Positions 60,640-64,000 of a stretch of DNA of 64,000 nucleotides are shown piece after piece. Position 1 is the stretch's first letter; the number at the start of each line of letters is the position of its first letter. This DNA is from Lama guanicoe (taxonomy: Eukaryota), in NCBI GenBank assembly GCA_013239625.1, contig MU053881.1:13878373-13942372 (forward strand), written 5' to 3'. The position numbers and the translations under genes are program-made. Under the pieces are notes generated by a model. The model was not told the origin of the DNA and did no database searches. It worked only from the letters and a program-made list of their open reading frames with translations.

Positions 60640-61300
60640 TAATTAAACCAGCCCCTGTTCTAGGCACTGGGGATAAAGTGCCAAACGACAGCCTACCCTC
60701 TGGGGTCTACCTTCTGGTTGACAGAGACTGAAAATTAATTGGCAAACAAACAAATATGTGAAATATCACATAGTGCTAAAACTCTGAACAAATTAAAATA
60801 AAACATGAGCTAGAGAGTTCCTAGGACTTGGGGTGGCGTTGCTTTCTCTGTGGTGCTCAGGGATGTCCTGGGGAGGATGGGGCGTGGGAGGTGAGGCCTG
60901 AATGATCTGAAGGTGGCAACCACGGGACGAACCGGAAGTCCAGTGCAAAGACCTGCAGAGGGTGACAGCCGGGCATGGAAAGGGGAAAGGACAGCATCGC
61001 GTGCAGCTGAAGTGCAGTGAACCAGGGCGAGGGTGATGGTGGATCACCCCACGGTGGAGGGATCGGGGATGTAAGGTGAGGAGAGCACGGTTTATTCTCA
61101 GTGAGGTGAAAAGCTATGTGAACGTGTGCGCCAGGGAAATGACAACTGCTTTCGTTTTCAAAAGCTTGCTTGGCTGCCCTGGGGAGAACCAACTGGTGGG
61201 AGGCCAGAGAAGGCTGAGACACCTGGCAGCAGTGGGCCAGGCAGGCAACGTGGTGGTTCAGGCAGGTGATGCGGGGAGCTCCAGCTGAATGTGAGAAGTG
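60640..61300 (-). mobile_element. L2 LINE fragment
   Basis: ccagcccctgttctaggcactggggataaag...gtgcaaagacctgcag...ttttcaaaagcttgcttggctgc...ggaggccagagaaggctg. Confidence 0.75.
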
Positions 61301-61794
61301 GAAATGATGAGCAGGGTTCAGTCACGTGGCATCTTTTGAGAAGAACAAGATCTTGATTTTTCCGGGTGAGCTGCCCTGGTCTGTGGTAAAAACCATGTGC
61401 ACATAGCCAACCTGAAGGCTTCTGTCACATCCTCTGACATCTATGGGCTACTATCCAAATAAAAATGCACACATCACCCAAGAATAAGCTACCAATCTGA
61501 GTCACATTTAAGTGTCAATCCAGACTCAGATAGTAAAGTTATCCCCCCAAAAACTATAATCTTAAAGTATCGATCTTCACCTACACACAGAAAATGTGTT
61601 CTATGATCACAGAGTGGTTTAGCTCCTTAAATCCCCCAGTGCCTACCTTCTGCCCCTGTGTTGGTCCCACTTACATTGTATAACTAACTTCTGCCTTGCC
61701 CAGTGCCAGGTTTGGAATCCAGGGCTGTTGGTTTGACTCCAGAGCTCCAGTCATGTGGACATTTATAGATGACTCCTCTGTCTCAGTTCCACTC

Positions 61795-62213
61795 AAGGTG
61801 TAGTGTTAGTCTGAGCCAGACCAGTTAATTCCACATCTCTTGCTTATGCATGACTCTGAAATGTGCATGTGACCCATTTGGCCAATAAACTGCTGGTGGA
61901 TAGTCTTCTGCGGACTTCCACTAAAGGATTTATCCCTAGGAAAGAAACACTGAAAAAAAACAATTTACTTTCTTCCCCTGGACGTTATCATGTCTGGAGG
62001 TGAGGCCTATAAATCCTGCAGCCATCTCTGAGCACAGAGCCATCCATAAAATTAAGTCCAGGCTGAAGATGACACAATAAAAAGATGGGAAGAATTTGGG
62101 TCCTTGGGGATGTTACTCAAGCATTGTTCAAAAAAATGCCTGGAACGTTCCATAATGCTAGACTTCCAGTTTCATGAGATAAATTTCCTTTCTGCTTAAG
62201 CCAGTTTGCATTG

Positions 62214-62244
<31 letters not shown>

Positions 62245-62585
62245 ANNNNNNNNNNNNNNNNNNNNNNNNNNNNNNNNNNNNNNNNNNNNNNNNNNNNNNN
62301 NNNNNNNNNNNNNNNNNNNNNNNNNNNNNNNNNNNNNNNNNNNNNNNNNNNNNNNNNNNNNNNNNNNNNNNNNNNNNNNNNNNNNNNNNNNNNNNNNNNN
62401 NNNNNNNNNNNNNNNNNNNNNNNNNNNNNNNNNNNNNNNNNNNNNNNNNNNNNNNNNNNNNNNNNNNNNNNNNNNNNNNNNNNNNNNNNNNNNNNNNNNN
62501 NNNNNNNNNNNNNNNNNNNNNNNNTTTTTTTTTTTTTTTTTTTTTTTTTTTTTGGTTACAAGCAGGAAAATTCATTCTGCCAGAT
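61795..62585 (+). mobile_element. MLT1J/K-like MaLR LTR, interrupted near its 3' end by poly-T and a gap
   Basis: gcatgtgacccatttggccaat...ctgcagccatct...gggtccttggggatg...ctagacttcc...gcttaagccagttt [T/N/T] ggttacaagcag. Confidence 0.7.
62246..62524. other. assembly gap (279 N) flanked by poly-T on both sides
   Basis: N run with T27 (plus one A) on the left and T29 on the right. Confidence 0.99.
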
Positions 62586-62604
62586 AGGTTGGGGTTCATT
62601 TTGT

Positions 62605-62835
62605 TTTTAATTCAACAGGGATTTACTGAGCACCCACCATGTGCCATGTTCTACCTGGCCCAGGGCCAGGGTAATGCAGACTAAGTGACTAAGACAACAC
62701 TGCCAATTCTAGTGACACTTAATGTTCTAATTTAGGGGAGGGGCAGGAAAGAAGTAGAAATAGATGGGTTAGCTTTGATAACATCAAATGCTATACAGAA
62801 AATAAAGCAGGGTAAGGTGCTAAAAGATAGCTAGC
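62605..62835 (-). mobile_element. L2 3' end
   Basis: ttcaacagggatttactgagcacccaccatgtgcca...aaatgctatacagaaaataaagcagggtaagg. Confidence 0.75.
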
Positions 62836-62879
62836 AGCATGAAGGAGGGAAGCAGAGCCTAAGAAACTATTAGATATGT

Positions 62880-63330
62880 GCAGAAGTGGGCCAAGTCCAG
62901 GGATGAGCACACCTCAGTGTTTATAATAGCAAAACTAATGATCATTACTAGAAATAACCCAGGTGTCCATCTATGGGGGCCTCATGAGATATCAATCTTG
63001 GTGCGTTTATGTGATAAAATAGTATATTGTCAGTGAAAGGCTGGACTCTAAGATTATACCGCTTATATGACACTATCTCCCAGGTAAATTATTAATAAAA
63101 ATTAAAACCTGAGTGTGGAATAGTATACAGAGTGGTACCCCAATGCTGAGAATTAGAAAAAGGATAGCTGGATACAGATGCAGGTATAAATGTATTTCTG
63201 AGTGGATGTGCAACAGAGTTTATCAGTGGCCTTTAGGGGAGGTGAGAAAGAAGAGACTTTTACCTTTTATTTTGTACCTATCTGTACAGTTTTAGAATTT
63301 ATGTTACCATGTGTCTTTTTAATTTATAGA
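62880..63330 (+). mobile_element. old L1ME 3' region
   Basis: cagtgtttataatagcaaaa...aacccaggtgtccatc...cagtggcctttagggga...ttttattttgtacctatctgtacagtttt. Confidence 0.6.
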
Positions 63331-64000
63331 ATAAGTCCATTTTTTAAAGAAATTTTAATGATATCTCGATTTTCCTTCAAGGCAAACCTGAGTCCAGGGA
63401 TAATTAGTGTAAGTAAATATCCATGCTTAGGAGGAGGGGCTTTTCATAGCCATGACCTTAGAGGAGAAGAACCTGACTTTAAATAGGAATCAGGCAAAAA
63501 ATGAGGCCATCTGTTCTACCTGGTGTCACCTGGCATCCAGTCCCCCCACCATCAGGGATAAAAGCTGCAGGAAGAGACTCTAGCGCCGAACACTCTGCGA
63601 CAACCAAGAGCAGCACCGCATGGGACCAGCTGCCAGGATTATCCCAGATAATGTCAGGGCAGAGAGACGGTGGGGGAGGATGGAAGAAAAATATGCGAGG
63701 ACGCTAGACGAGGCCAAAACTCTGAAAGTTTGGGAGTGGCTGAGGAAGGGCCCTCATGGCGGGAATGCTCGGAGGCCTGGAGGTTGATGAAGGCGTGTAA
63801 GGTTATTAGCAGGTGCGTCTATATGACCTTCTCAGGGATTCCGCTCCCCAGGTGCTTTGATCTGAGCCAGGCCCAGAACCTGTGTTGATTTCACTTAGTG
63901 ACCTCCCTCTTCACTGAACATGTGTTTTCAAAAGCCCTCATCTGCTCCCTGTCAAACCCCTATTTGTAACACAATCAGCAGGTCTCCCAAGGAGGCTGCC

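Noticed and set aside
474..61505. Scattered TGA(C/G)TCA AP-1 sites (about nine noticed)
   Set aside because: The count is close to chance expectation for a 7-mer pair in 64 kb.
62206..62610. ORFs spanning the N gap
   Set aside because: Artefacts of translating N and poly-T.
1..64000. A novel multi-gene or prokaryote-type system (CRISPR, defence island, operon)
   Set aside because: The sequence is repeat-rich mammalian DNA. It has no dense ORFs, no repeat-spacer array and no non-TE protein homology that I can recognise.

Overview
This is mammalian, not microbial, genomic DNA, most likely from a camelid. The evidence is a tRNA-derived Vic-1-like SINE at ~41.9-42.05 kb and several young L1 3' ends of one family. 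I find no credible protein-coding gene, RNA gene, CpG-island promoter, CRISPR array or prokaryote-type system. The only ORFs with recognisable homology are LINE-1 ORF2 fragments; the rest of the ORF track looks like chance ORFs. The window reads as an intergenic or large-intron segment full of old repeats (MIR, L2, L1M, MLT1/LTR16, hAT and Tigger MITEs), with a few young insertions and two N gaps. The best observations are structural: a twin-primed L1 lacking its 3'UTR, a 37-bp inverted copy of a nearby MIR segment inside an L1 3'UTR, two ERV1-like LTR copies forming ~100-bp inverted repeats, two strong same-orientation CTCF motifs and an adjacent AP-1/CRE pair. I did not find a new biological system. 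Repeat family names come from recalled consensus similarity without running RepeatMasker or Dfam, and the boundaries of old repeats are approximate.
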